From Eledone cirrhosa (taxonomy: Eukaryota): DNA of 64,000 nt. Numbering within the stretch: the stretch's first letter is position 1; each line of letters begins with the position of its first letter. Position numbers and translations under genes: made by a program. Shown one piece after another: positions 25,950-40,309 of the stretch. A model generated the notes under the pieces. It saw only the letters and a program-made list of their open reading frames with translations, had not been told where the DNA came from and made no database searches. Location of the stretch: the NCBI GenBank assembly GCA_964016885.1, contig OZ024742.1:115258001-115322000 (forward strand), read 5' to 3'.

Positions 25950-28290
25950 CTATAATACATTCAATATATTATTTTTTATTGAGAAGCAAGGGCATATTTT
26001 AGAAATCAGCTCCATTGAAGAATATCGACTTACTCTTGGCTTTAATATTGCAGATTTCTTCCGAGTCCCGGAGTCCTTTCTTGTAACATCCCGCACATCA
26101 GTGTTAACCGGGGATGAATGGTTTCTTAAAAGCATGCTCTGACTCTGTGGGGGAGGCTGAGGAGTGGACAGACACACTAAGAACCTGACATCTGCCTAAC
26201 AGCTACACACTAGATTTCTCAAATATTACAGTGGCGACAGGGTGCAAATACATATGTAATTTAGATTGTATTTAAATAGTTTTTCATTATGTTAACACAG
26301 GGGATAGCGTAGTTCGTCCACTACTTGAAACGGGGTTCAATATTAACCAAAAACTTGTGATCTGCATTGCCAATCAAGAATGGACACGTAAAAAGTGATC
26401 CGGCTACATGCAGCTTGACGCTTCTTTCCCGGTGCGTAAAGGCTAAATAGACCGAATTAGCCCTTTAGTTAAACAACAGTTTACATGGATGATCGTGATG
26501 CTCATATGGTGCGCGCGCTTGAGAAGTATCAGAGTAAAATTAATAGCTTTTTTTAAAGAAATTGCAAATAAAAATAAAGCATAGGGAGAGTTAACAGGTA
26601 ATGTTACAATGGCATTAGGTTTGACATTGCAACTAATGTCATCGCTATGGGAATGCGATGATTGTTGCTTTGCATTGCTGTGATACGTTCTCTAAGAAGG
26701 CAGGAAAGAAATTTGGTCTATAGGTCTATGTTTCATTGGCGCAGCGTTACCAAGAAAGCCACCCAAAATTCAATCTTTGCAGTACTGAGATGGGCGTGTA
26801 TGCACGAATTTAAACAGATGTATGTAGTTTCCTCGTGCTATTGTGCACATTTATTGGCGTCGGAAACGGTGCAGGAATAGTGTTCCCACTTGCTCTGGCT
26901 CTTGTGAGGTGGTGTGGACTGCTGCAAAAAACCGATAATAGCATCCATGACACTGAAAGTCACAAGCGGTTATATATCTCTTTCGCACTTGCTCTGTTTT
27001 TCACATGTTACCCTTGTCTGTAAGAAATCTGTTGTGTTCAAACCTGTACAATGATGGGCTAAGCAAGGCATTACATTTCCATATAACACACCTGAAACTC
27101 TTGATATGACAATGTCATGTCATGCGTTTCACCTTTTTAATGCATATGGAAAAAAAATGGAAAAAATTACGGTTTTGTATACAGCAGGGTAGTACCTCTG
27201 ATGAGTAAAGAAAATCACAATTGAAAATGTGTACTCTCTCATTCTTCTCACAGAGAATTTAACATTTTGTTCAAGACGTTGCCAAAGTGTTTGGCTATTG
27301 TCTTCAAGTGTCGGGAAGAGGAAGCGCAAACGTGAGTAATCCCGACCAGTTATATACATAACAACCATCATCACACACAGACGTTGGCAGTATAATTGGC
27401 TTTGGTGGGGTTCTGATGAATTTATATGAATCTAAAATGACAGGGTGAAAATTCCATGCCTGTTGGCTGTCCTCACCTGATCACGCTGACCAGGTTTCGG
27501 ACAATTCTTCATAGTATTTCGATCTGTTCAATGAATAGCGGCAGCTGCTCGGAAGTCAGATTAAATGAGCACATGGGACCCGCGTCTGATTAGTGCTCAG
27601 TCTATGCCTGACTCTTGAGCCAATACTGTGGAAGCTGGGGCTGCTGCACAGTATCCGACTGGTGTAAGTGGAAGGGCTACGTTGTCATATGGAGACAGCA
27701 TTATCGTAATTTCTTCTTTTTTTTTTAAAACGTCAGAAATCTGGTTGTTCAACAACTTAGTGGAATACGGAAGAGAGGTCAAACAGGACATATTAATGTG
27801 TTTGCTGCTTGGTACTAGATGAAGAGAATCGATGTCGTTAAACAGTGATGTGGGTAACTGGACGGATTGACCTGCCAAGTTGCTTGGGGTCTGGTTTGGC
27901 CAACCCCACGATCTGCATAAAGGCTATGACGAGTAACGAGCAGTGAGGTCACTTCGATCTAGAAATTGGTCGCGGAATATATGATTTAAATATTAGGCAG
28001 AGGTGGCAACGGACACATATCCTCAGATACTAAATACAGCCTAAACATCGTCCCTTAGCCTAGTTTGTCTCGTATTAGTTTAGAACACATTCTCTCCATC
28101 TACTTGTAGAAGTGATGAGTTCCACTGTTTAGGCGGTCATTTTCTTTCAGCCGAAGTTTCAAACTGCGATCGGCTGAGGATATGTAAACATACACAGAGG
28201 CTACTTGATGTGCATGTATTCCTAAACGGTTTGTCCATGTCCACATTGGGACATACTTAAAATCTAGATGGTACCCGTCAGAGAGTTGGA
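25950..28290 (+). pseudogene. Ancient decayed Tx1 ORF2 with an unrelated insert at ~26650-27420
   Basis: Patches match the young Tx1 ORF2: GATTTCTTCCG..GGAG (~26055), CCGGCTAC...GACCGAATTAG (~26400), GACTCTTGAGCCA (~27610), and a WTD..KLLGVWFG-coding stretch (~27860). Confidence 0.7.
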
Positions 28291-28336
28291 AAAGTCTGAG
28301 CAGGTTTGCGAGTTATTAATATTATTAATATTATTA

Positions 28337-28447
28337 TTTCCAGCATAGTTACGTCCCTTTACGGTCTGAGTTCAAATCCCGTCGATGAAATAAAGTACTA
28401 GTAATAAACTGGGTAGTTGATGGCCTTGTGCCAAAACTAGAAACAAT
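28337..28447 (+). mobile_element. Partial tRNA-derived SINE with (TTA)n tail
   Basis: B-box GAGTTCAAATCC and the 3' motif GGCCTTGTGCC..AGAAACAATTATT, as in 46193-46375. Confidence 0.75.
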
Positions 28448-28472
28448 TATTATTATTATTATTATTATTATT

Positions 28473-31400
28473 ACAGTGGCATTTATCTTGCTTTATGTTC
28501 ATACGAGTTATCACCAAGTCACAACCAGTAACCTCAAGAGACAACAAGGTCCGTCATGTTCAAGAAAGAACATACATACTCACACATGCATCTTTAGTGT
28601 TTAGACTTGTGATGTACTTATATTGACAGAATCTTCCTTAGTATATGGGCAGTTCCCATTAGTACTATCTTTTGTATTTCTCCTATACGCGGGTTTCCTG
28701 GGATTTACGATAAGTAATCAATAGACCCCTTAGGTATCATTCCCAGAGCGCCTACAACCACTGGTATTGTTTTAGTTCTCAATTTCCACATTTTTCCAAT
28801 TTCTATCTCCAGGTCCTTATACTTGCTCAATTTTTCAAATGTTTTTATAGATACATTCTTGTCAATTGGAACAGACATATCAATAAGCAGGCATACCCTC
28901 TTTTTAAAGTCCTTCAATATTATATCAGGTCTATTTGCATCTATTTATCGGTCTGTTTGGATGCTAAAGTTCCACAGGATTGAGATGTGATCTTTTTCAA
29001 GTATGGGAGGTGGTTGATGCTCCCACCAATTCTTTTGATGGGGTAGGTCAAAATGCTTACACATTATCCAATGTATGTATTGTGCAGCTCTGTCATGCCT
29101 GTTTAGGTATTCGGTTGGAGCTATAGGACTGCACATTGAAATTATATGGTCAATGGTCTCTGGTTGTTTTTTGCATACACGGCATAATGGGCTGCATCCA
29201 TTTTTTATTATGTTGGCTTGGTAATTTTTTTTTGGCAGACACTGATCTTGTGCTGATATAATCAGTCCTTCAGTCTCCGATTAGAGTCCAGAGGATGCCA
29301 ACCACTGATGGGTTCAAGTTTTGTCAACATCAGGATTGTTATCTCGCTCTGGGTATTTTCCATACAGAGGCTTTTCTTGCCATTTCTTAGCCAGTTTCTG
29401 TAGCAGTTCTTTCTTTGCAGTTACTTTTACCTGCTTTGCTTTTTCTGTGTTTTCAATTTCAGCAGTAAATGGGTGTTCTGAAATTTGTAGTCCATTACTG
29501 TATCTTTGTGCATCTTTTGTAATGGAATATGATCTTTTGATGCTTTCGTGTTTCAAAACGAGTTTGATCATCAAATCATGTGATTCCCTTAGATATGTAG
29601 ATATTCCAATTGTCGCAGTTTTCAACGCAATGTATAACTGGATTAACCCACGTTCTCCTTCTTTCCTAGGGAGATATATTCTATCTATATCTGCCTTAGG
29701 GTGATGCATTCTGTGCATGGTTAAGAATTTTCGAATTTTTGTATCGAGCCTACGGATCTCTGTGCTTGACCAGTTGATGACATTGTAACTGTATGTTACT
29801 ACTGGTATGGCAAGCGTGTTTATGGCATCGATCCTATTCCTTGCATTCAATTCCGTTCTTAAGATTGCTCTTACTCTGCGGTAAGATTCCTTCCTTATCC
29901 TTTCCCTCATTGTCGAGTGCTTGATTCCGCTTACTTCACAAACACCTAGATATTTGTTAGTTTTTTCTTGATCAAGTTCTCTTATCACGTTCCCCCGATC
30001 AAGATTAATGTCTGAACTCTTCAGCAGCGTTCCTCTGGTGAACATTGCTTTGGCGCATTTATCTAGTCCAAAATCCATTATAATGTCATCACTGAACTGC
30101 TCCACAGTGGATTATAGCCCTTGCAATTGTTCATCATTTTTTGCAAATAGTTTCAGGTCATCCATATAGAACAGGTGATTAATGGTTTTGTCATAGACTT
30201 TATATCCATGTTTTGTTTCATAGAGCATTTTACATAATGGTATAAGTGCGATGCAGAATAAAAGCGGTGATAATGAGTCACCCTGAAAAATTCCACAATT
30301 AATATTAACTTCTCCAGCTTCCAGTGATTTTGTTTCACTATTCAAAAGGAGTGTCGTTTTCCATGTCTTCATACTGAATGACAAAAACCTCCTGACAACG
30401 GGGTATATTTTGAAAATCTCTAAACATTTTTCAATCGAACTGTGTGGCAAACTATCGAATGCTTTTTTATAATCTATCCAAGCAATCGATAGATTTTTGT
30501 GTCTATTATGACAATCTTCCAGTATCATTTTGTTAACCAGAAGCTGATCCTTACAGCCACATGAGCCTCGTTTACACCCTTTCTGCTCAATGGGAAATAG
30601 GTCATTTGTTATGAGGTGGTCATATCTGTATTCATTTAGGACTGATGTTAAAATTTGATACATTGTGGTCAAGCAAGTTATCGATCTGTAATTTTTGGGA
30701 TTGTTTGTCTCATCATTCTTCGGAAGCAGGAATGAAATGGCGTTAACTAGCCATGATGGTATCTTTTCTGGCTCCTTAACTATTTCATTGCAAAGTTGGG
30801 CTGGCAGTTCATGAGACTCTGTGAAGGCATTTATCCAAAAGTTTTGTATTTTGTCTTTTCCTGGGGATTTCCATTTCCTGGTTTTTCTTAGAGCCAAGCG
30901 CAACTGTTTAACTGTTATATTTTCCCATGTTTGTTCCTCAAGGTGAGCTGTATCTTTCATATGTCTGTCCATCCATGGGGCATGTATGTTATGAACTTTT
31001 TCTTCGGCCCAGATCTTTTCCCAGAATTCTTGCACTTCCTCCTTGGGTGGTATTGATTTAACAGTTATTGTTGACTTACCAATTTTTCTGTAGAAGTTTC
31101 TTTGGTTGTTTTTGAACATATTATTGTCCTTATAGAATCTAGATCGTTTTCCAAAGCGCCTTATACGAGCAGCTTTGGCCGACACGTTTTGCTTGATTAT
31201 TTCTATCAGCATGTCCATGTCACATGTTGATTTTGTACTGTACTTTTTTTTTCAATTTTCTAAGTTTAGTTTGTTTAACATGTTCACCTACTTTACAGTT
31301 TGTTAAAATGTCTATGTCAGATCGGAGAAGGTTTATTTGGCGAGTGATGTTCTCTTGCCAAGTAGATTTCTTGTAGGAATTCATTTGTTTTTTCATCTTC

Positions 31401-32329
31401 ACTCCACATAAGTGTATGGTGACTTTAGCCGATGCATAATAGAGATAATTTAAATCAGTAATGTTTAGTTTGTTTGTGATGATAATGTTTTTGAGAATTA
31501 TGTTAGTCTTGTGTATTATCTTTTGGTTCTGTTTGGAGTTCTGGATCTTAGGGAGGGTGTCTCGTTGCCCCATGTCAGATTCTTTCATTTTTATCCATTC
31601 GATCATAAAAACATCCTTCAAGTTGGCAAGTTCATTCTCATTCATTTCTTTATCATTTACGATAGCATTAATTTCATTTGGAGTTTCATCTTGAGCATGA
31701 ACTCCCTCCACTTTTTCGATCCTTTCTTTAATTTGTTCTGTTGCCAGTGATTCCGCCCCAACCTTGGGATTCGAAGTGTTACAATTTACCTCGTTTTCGC
31801 TGACACATGTTTCATTTTCCCTTCGCTGACTTTTTGCTAATAGCTTGATCTGATCAATTTCTATATCAGTTAGTAACTTTTTTCTTACAATAATTCTTCG
31901 TACATTGGCTAGTTTGTTACTGTCAATATAGCCTCTGTTTTCGGGATGTTTCTTTTTCCAGTTGATATATGTCTGTTCTGTATTCGATGTATTTGATGGG
32001 TAGTACATGGCAGTGTAGAAAGCCTCAAGGACTTCTTTATTATCTTCCCTTGACCATTTTTCTCTCTTTTTCTTTGGATTCTTGGTGGTGAGCATGGATG
32101 GCCAACAGTAGTAGTATTCCGGTTATGGGAGATCTCCAGCTCCGAAGAGATGGGAAGGTTTGAACCATTAGCTGATTTTTCGACTCCAGTCTGGTTCCTC
32201 TCTGAGGGAAGCGGCACTTTTTTACCCGGGTGACGGCCGATCCCGTATGAGATTTTATCATTAGACACTTACTTTATTTTGTCGCGTTTTATCCTTATCC
32301 GCCAAGGGGTAATCATTTCGTGTTACCAC

Positions 32330-32331
<2 letters not shown>
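28473..32331 (-). mobile_element. R4/Dong family A, copy 2 (frameshifted; 5'UTR truncated)
   Basis: ORF fragments between 28705 and 32268 are near-identical to the 1216-aa protein; (TTA)n on both sides. Confidence 0.93.
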
Positions 32332-32370
<39 letters not shown>

Positions 32371-35300
32371 GGCGACCTACGTAGTAAATCGTATCATCGT
32401 GAGCTCCGCAAAATTTTGTTATTTCCGTTTGTTAAAAATTGTCATTTATGGAAAATTTTATTGTTAACTGTTTATAAACACACATACATTGTTTTCCGAA
32501 AAGGACACCCATAAAGATTGGGGCCTTGTGCCCAAAATTTTAACTTTTATTATTATCAAAAAATGTCTTTGAAAAAAAATGGTTAATTCACCTCTGCACG
32601 AAGCAGCTGAAAGCCTTCCTCACAAAATAACACCTCACACCGACACCACCATTGTAAATGTTACTACGTTTGCTAACAAAAAAAAATATATAAGCAGTAG
32701 CAATATTTTAAATTTGTCTCAGGCAGACATTCATTTCACGCCATTACCAATGACTGCAGGTGTTAAAGCCTCCACCACCACCACCACCGCGACAACCACC
32801 ACCCCCACCACCACCGCGACAACAGAAACAAAAGAAGAAAAAATAAATTAACTCGTGATGTCGAAATGAAATCAAGCAAAATGGACTCTTCCGCACCAAA
32901 GACGACTGACGTCACCACCACCACGACTGAAACTAAAATTAATAGTAACACAAATAACGATAGCAACAACAACAACAATGACATTATAAAACCGACCCTC
33001 AGTTTCGCCATAGTAGCAAAAGAGTTCGAAGCATTTACGTTAACTCAGGAGGATCTAGAAAATGCCAAACAAATGGTAAAGAAAGATGGGTACAGGGTCA
33101 GCCTCACCCCCCACCTAATAAAATGGAGCATCAGCGCCTGTGCACCGTGTCGTATAGAACAATATATGTAAAATCGCGCCGAGTGGAACGGGCATCCGAG
33201 TCCCAAATCCAAAAAGCTTTGGGACATGTGTGGGCAAGAAAAACCCACATCAGACGTGGGCAAAAGTATGGAACTGAGGATGTGTTCTTTGAAACAACAG
33301 AGGAGGCTAGAGAACACTCCATGGCCCCATTAAATAGTGACGATTTCACACTCGTCCAAAGCTATTATGGCCAGAGACTCGTAAAGATCAGGGTGACCCA
33401 CGTTCCACCGGCCATCGAAATTCCCTGGCTAATAGCGGCTGTCCTCGCCGGCATCGAAGCCAACACGAAAATAATAGCAATAGCAAAAGAAAAGCAGGAA
33501 AACTGGTCCGGATCTGGGATGGAGCTCCTGATCCAAGCGGACCAAAAAAAGCATTGAGGAGATCCCAGAGGTAATAGAGCTCACTGACGGCAGCCACCTC
33601 ACGGTAATTGTCGAGGGCACAAGACCTAGGTGCGTCGTTTGTGGTGAAGGAACCCACCTAAGGGCTTTCTGCCCTCAGGCTAAAAGGTTGAGGCCACCTC
33701 TCCTACCCACCCCAGTGACACAACCATCAACACCACCAGTAGCAGAGATGAGAGCAACAACTGTAGCAGCAACAACAGAGGCAACTATAACAGCAACAAC
33801 CCCAGCAACAGTAGCAAAACCAACACCAGCAAAACCAACACCACCACCACCACCAACGCTTCAGAACTAGCACCAGCGCCTACACCATCCACCACACCAC
33901 AACCAAAACTAACGGCTGTGGAGGATTTTCCACTCCCCGGCCTATCACAACTGGAGACAGATTGTGACGACGAGGAGTGGGAAACGATATCCGGAAAAAA
34001 AAAAGAAACCAAAAAAGAAAAAATTCTCTTCCTTCCCCCTCCAAAAACAAAATACAGAGGGAAACAAATAAATTAAGAAACAAAAAAGTTAGGACAGATA
34101 TGCCACCATCCACACAAGCATCACCAACCCCATAAACCCAAACACCAACACCATCACCATCATTAACCCCAACACCACCATCACCTACACTACAAAAGTC
34201 AGCAAAATGCGAAACAGAAACAAACCCTCAACAAACGCAAACAAAACAAAACAACCAAAACGATACACACTACACAGCATTAAATTTGAACAACAACAAT
34301 TATTACACTACATCCAACAGAACACCAGCATCACAGAAAAAGACTACACAACAACCCCAAAATTCACACCACCTCCACACATACAAATCACTCGTATCAC
34401 ATAGAACACGTACATGACACTAAAACAAAAATTCCCCAAAGACATCGGAGACTTCCGACAAGCACTCTCCAGGAGGATTTATAAGGACAACCTTCCTGAG
34501 GAGGCCACAAGCAGTGAAAAGGATGGAAAAACCGTCCTTCCCCTACGAGAAGTAAGGTAGGTGGTCTTTCCCATCTTTTCCACTCCTTTTCAACATGACC
34601 TCACTCAGAAGAGGCAGCATAAATGCGCGTGGCTTGGGGTCGTCATGGAAGCAGGGCCACCTGCTCAACGACCTCAATTCATTAAACATAGATGTAGTGG
34701 CCATCAGGGAGACCAGAATCTCCGAAGCACAGGCTTTCACACCGATCTTCGGCGGCTACGATGTGTACGCATCTCCCAGCCGTCCGGGATCGGGGGAGGA
34801 GTTGCTGTGCTTTTTCGGAGAGGTTTGGATCTTGCTATACGGGCCATCTTCCTGGACCCAGAAGGTACGTTGGTGGAGCTGGACGTGACCAGCGGAGACG
34901 GGCAATTTCAGGTTAGTGGCCGTCTATTCCTCGACAGGAGCATGGCGGCCTGATTTCTTCCGGCGTCTGGAGACCTTTCTTGGAACGTCCCGCGCTTTAG
35001 TGTTAGTGGGCGACTGGAACGGGATCTTAGATGCACGCTGGGATTGTGTGGGATTAGTGGATAGGGAAGGAGGGTGCAAGAGTCTCACCAACCTTCTCAG
35101 ACGTTTTGAACTGTCTGACAGGTACCGAATGGATTTCCCGAATGTACCAATGTGGACTTGGACAAATCGCATAGGGTCATCCAGATCATATCTAGATAGA
35201 GTATTTTGTAGGGAAATAGATAGGTCTAGCATAGGCTGTCCACAATTAAAGATAGTCAGCTACACGGACCACAAATTCGTAATCTGTGTGCTTGACTTAG

Positions 35301-38262
35301 ATAGGCTTCATAGACGAGGACCCGGCTACTGGAAGCTAAACGCGTCCATACCAGCGCGCAAGGCCTACAGAGACCGGATTAGCGAACTAGTTAAGCGGGC
35401 GTTGACGGGGGCCATCGTCAACAACAAGTGGTGGTTTGCTCTGAAAAGAGCAATTAGAATAGAGTCCATTAGGTTTAGTAAGACTTTAGCAATAGAGAAA
35501 AATAGAGCAGTGGGAGAATTAGTTAGAAAATTAGATGAGGCGCTTAGCAAAGGCATCGCGACCGACGTACTTGCGGCGAAATTGGCTCTTGACCAATTCT
35601 TCAATGCAAAGCACGAAGGTTGCGTTGTCAGAGCTAGGGTGCGTGCTCTCAGACACGAGGGGACGAAAGCCGTTCAATGGGCCCGAGTGGCGGAGGCGCG
35701 CCGTGGCAACAAAGCCACGATCCGGTCTTTGGTGGACCAGGACGGGCGCATGCTACTCGATCCCGGGCAAATGTGTGAAGCTTTTCAGCGACACTTCGCT
35801 CAGCTGTTCGGGGGCAGTGGTGGGCCGGATCGAGGGATGGAATTTAGTGTCTACCTCGACGGACTGCCGCGGCTTTCGGCCACTGAGGCGGAGTGTTGCG
35901 AAAAGCCGATAACAACCGCTGAAGTACGGGATGCAATGACTAGTTGCACAAGGGGTAAATCGCCTGGTTTGGATGGTCTGTGCTATGAACTTTACGTACA
36001 AATGCCAAACTTGTTCGGAGGCCTCTTGGCGGACGTCTACTGCAACTGGCAACAGAACGGGAGAATTCCCAGCTCTGTGAGCCGAGGAGCGGTGGCGCTG
36101 CTGAGAAAGGATCCGAACAAGGGGGATAACATAGATAATTTTAGGCCCATAACTCTGCTAAACACAGAGTTCAAGATTTTGGCCAAGGTGCTAGGAAAGA
36201 GGTTGGCGCTTGTCGTTGCCATTCCCGACAGATCCATCCACGACAACCTCCACCTCATGCGATACATCGTCGAGAGGGTAGCTAGGGAACCTGGCACGGG
36301 TGGGTCTTTGATCAATTTAGATCAGTCGAAAGCCTTCGATAGGGTCGACCATCGTTACCTAGAGGCAGTCCTGAGGGCGGCTGGCAGTCCTGAGGGCGGC
36401 TGGCAGTCCTGAGGGCGGAGTTCTTCAGAGGCTGGATCGCTGCCATCCACAGCAACATCTGCTCTGTAGTGAGAGTGAACGGTCACCTTTCGGAACCGTT
36501 CAACATCATGCGCTCGGTCCGCCAAGGATGTCCCCTCTCGTCCCTATTGTACGTATTGACTCTCGAGCCATTACTGCACAAGCTGGAGACGTTGAGGGGG
36601 ATCCCGCGCGATCTAGGATGCGGAAGATCCGTGTCAGCATATGCCGACGATGTCACCGTAGTGGTGTCGAACTCCAAACACATCGAGGCGATCGGCACTA
36701 CACTAAGAGAATACGAAGTGGTGACAGGAGCAATGATCAACCAGGAAAAGTCAGTGGGCCTGCAGCTCGGCACTTGGAGAGGCAGGTCCATGCCGTCCAA
36801 CAGCGTCGCCAGGCGCTGGACGGACGGACAGGTTAAATTGCTAGGGGTCTGGTTCGGTCCAGACCTCCAGACGGACAAAAACTGGGACGAGGTGAAGAGC
36901 AGCTTGGCTTCTCTCACCCAGAAATGGGCCGAGAGGAAGCTATCCCTGAAAGGTCGAGCGATGGTGGCTAACGCGTACATCGCGTCCGTCATCTGCTACC
37001 GCCTAACCGTCGTACCTTGTCCTAAGCCCCGCCTGACTGCGCTGGAGCGTTTGCTCTTTCGCTTCTTGTGGAAGGGACACGCTGCGATGGTCAGGCGGTC
37101 CATCTGCTGTCAACACCCGCTACGTGGAGGGCTGGGCATGCCATGGCTGATGATGCGCAGACACGCCCTCAGGCTACGACATCTCCACCTCTTCCTCGAC
37201 GGTGATCAGGTGTGGTCGCCGTTTGCTAGACACGTTTTACCCCAGCTCGTCTCCTTGACGGAGCAGCAGTCCTGGGTCAAGCGAAGACCGAGAGGGAGCG
37301 CTTGGAGACTGGAATGTCTTCAGGCGCTCACAGCCCTCGACCAATCGGGCAATGTGATCGGTGGAAACTCCACCTTGGCGTTCTATAGGGGATTAGTGGA
37401 GGTGAAGAGCGACGACGTACTTGGAGGAACTCTAGGCGTCGACGAAAATCAACTAGCCAATCTCTTCGGAAGGACTTTCGGGCCGGGGCCTATGGACAAC
37501 TTCCAGAAATCCCTGGCCTGGCAGTGCTACCGAGGAGCTTTGCCAGTTCGCGATAAACTCTACAGGCATGGACGTGCCGTCAGCCGGGCATGTTCGAGAT
37601 GCGCGCAGGGCGACGAAACCATCCTGCACGCACTCGTCCAGTGTCCGAGCATTGCCGACTTGCGGGTTTATGTCGAACACCTGCTGTCACGTGTAGGACG
37701 GATCCAGCTATCAGCTGAGTCCATCGTGAGGATTGCCCCGCCCCCTTCCTTTAGCCGGGAAGGGCAGGCAGCTTTTATCTGTCTGGTGGCCATGGCGAAA
37801 GAGATAGTATGGTGGACACGTTTGAAAGGGCTGAAGACGAGCACTTACCTCTTCGGTGATGCCCTGATTAACTTTTTCAAATTTCATTTGAAAAGGAAAA
37901 TCAGGGTAGAGAGGGAAGTGCTCTCTTCCCAGCATTTTGTTGAAAGATGGGTGAGAGAAGCAAGTATGGCCCGAATGAATGGGCCTTCTCTGAGTATGCG
38001 TCTGTAAATTAAAGGTGGAAAACTGGGAGAGGGCACTTGCCCTGGTGGTCAGGGCCACTGTGGTCTTTTAATGGGCTTTCGCCACAAATGTCCCTCGGAA
38101 TTCTCCCCCCTATTGTGGAATTTTTCTTTGTTATTTTATTTCAACCTCTGTTTTTTTACATGCCCATTTTTTTTTTACATGCCCATTTGTACCGTCCTGT
38201 ATTGTCCTGTACTGTCCTTAATGTCTACTTTACGTAAACCCTTGTGGTTAATATAGAAAACA
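32371..38262 (+). mobile_element. Tx1 copy 2, full-length but disrupted
   Basis: Broken ORF1 (~32580-34560) with knuckle CVVCGEGTHLRAFC; ORF2 34595-38007 in pieces (APE; RQGCPLS, YADD; C-terminal CSRC...HALVQC); 3'UTR followed by (TTA)n. Confidence 0.92.
34595..38007 (+). pseudogene. Tx1 ORF2 (APE-RT-CCHC), frameshifted
   Basis: Track ORFs 34595-34888, 34916-36412 and 36469-38007; the break near 36364-36419 coincides with a 19-bp triplication. Confidence 0.9.
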
Positions 38263-38534
38263 TTATTATTATTATTATTAGTAGTAGTAGTATTATTATT
38301 ATTATTATTATCCTCATCATCATCACCCATCGGAGTTTTAAAATTCATTGCAAGGTAGCTTCTCTTTCTCAGTATCTATCGAGCTGTCTCATCATTATCA
38401 ATCCGTTATTCCCTGTGTATGTAGAGTATCCATTATCCACATGCATTTCTGCCCGTTTGGTGGTTTGGATTCAGTCGCCAAAATACATAGTTACCTAACA
38501 AACTCTGTTATGTTTCGTAAACAACTGAATTTTT

Positions 38535-39005
38535 AACTTTCCTCTTGTGCGAGTCCCTGTTTAACCTTTTCAAGTTTCACTTGAAGAGGAAAATCAGCGT
38601 GGAGAGGCAAGTGCTGTCTTCTAGCAAGTTTGTTGAAAAGTGGGTGAATGTAGCGAGAGTGGTTCCAGTGAATGTGATCGCTCTGAATATACGCTTGTAG
38701 TTTGAGGAATGGAAACAATTGAGAGAGGGCGCTTGCCCTGATGGTCAGGGTGGCCGTGGTCTTTTGTGTGGTTTTCGCCACGTGTACGTGTAGCCCACGG
38801 AGGTTTCCCTCCTATTGGGGAATTTTTCATTTTTTGAATTTTTATTGTTTATATATATATATATATATGTTTCTATGTCTTATTTCTTTTTCGTTTCTTA
38901 TATACATAATAAAAATATTTACACTCACAACAACGACATCATACTGTCGTGTACCGTCCTGTGCCGTCTGTAATGTTTTTCATGATGTGGACAACAAACA
39001 AATCA
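38535..39005 (+). mobile_element. Older Tx1 3' fragment
   Basis: FKFHLKRKISVERQVLSSSKFVEKWV resembles the ORF2 C-terminus; the 3'UTR motif GAGAGGGC.CTTGCCCTG.TGGTCAGGG is shared. Confidence 0.82.
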
Positions 39006-39010
39006 TTATT

Positions 39011-39135
39011 CTTTACGATCTGAGTTCAAATCCCGCCGAGGTTGACTTCGCCTTTCATCCTTACGGGGTCGACAAAATGAAGTACCAGTCATGCACTGGG
39101 AAATTGCTGGCTTTGTGCCTAAAGTAGAACCAATT
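39011..39135 (+). mobile_element. 5'-truncated tRNA-derived SINE
   Basis: B-box plus core GTTGACTTCGCCTTTCATCCTTACGGGGTCGAC and TTA-rich tail. Confidence 0.85.
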
Positions 39136-40309
39136 ATTATTATTATCATCATTACCATCATCAACATCATTATCAAAATTGATGTACATGTTATTGTTAT
39201 TATTATCATATTTTCTATGTATTTCGTTTTTGTTTTTGTTTTGATTATCAGAGCTCACATGTTGATGAATGAATATTTAACAATAGAAATGTGTCTAAGA
39301 AATATTTCCAGCAAGTTGCTCTGTCTTTCTTAGTAAAGTGACAAATCTGATAGCTCAATAGTTGGGAACAAGCCAAGTCTTGAAGGTTTTCATTTGATTA
39401 TTAATGGAAAATACTTTTTGTTTGGCTTCAAACTGACGTTATGTTTGTTTAGATCTTTGATAACTTTCTTTTTCATTATTTTCCATCCATTCTTTTATTC
39501 TATCATCCTATCTTTCAAAAGAACCCTTTCTCTTATCTCTTAAATCGTTATCCAACACATTATTATTTGCAAACAAATGAAAAAAGAAATAATTGTTGCT
39601 ACTTGATACCCCTAATTTTCAATGTCTAGTCTATGTGTTCTGATTTAAAGCAATTACAAAATAAAACAAAATAGAATAGAATGCAGTGTATGAGCATTCG
39701 ACTGTAAACTATCCATCCTGTTGTCATTATCATCGCCATTACCAACTCCAAGATAAAAAAGACATCATCGGCAGCCCAAGAAAAGCAGAGAAAAACGAAA
39801 TGCACACAGACAAGTAGATATTATTCTTAAATTAGTTTTGCTTTGACAAATATATCAAACCTCAAAGAAAGATCTTTTGTATTATCTTTGATGTATAATA
39901 TAGATTAGCGTTGATGGACAAACATATTAGAATTGTGAGATTCATTTGTTTATTTCTTCGTGATATTCTCGACATTCCACGACCTCAAAGAACCCAATCA
40001 ACTATTGGCTACTTATAACATGATTCTTATCTTAACATTTCAAAATTTGAATATCAAATTCTAGTTACAAGATTAAGTACAAGATTCACTAACAATTATT
40101 TTGAGATAAATAAAGAAATAAAATGTATTTCCAAAAACAATATTTATTTGCACATGGTCTCACATATCGATCAGTAGAATCAGTAAACAATAGAATTGTG
40201 TTCATCCGCAACTCCGCTGTTTGAAGTTTTTTCCAATATCATTTATTTTTGACATTTTTAGGCTCATGATTTCCGTTTGAGTCATATATCAAATATTATT
40301 TTCTTTTCC

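Noticed and set aside
27190-27220. CTGATGAGTAAAGAAA hammerhead-like string
   Set aside because: No stem II, stem III or cleavage triplet.
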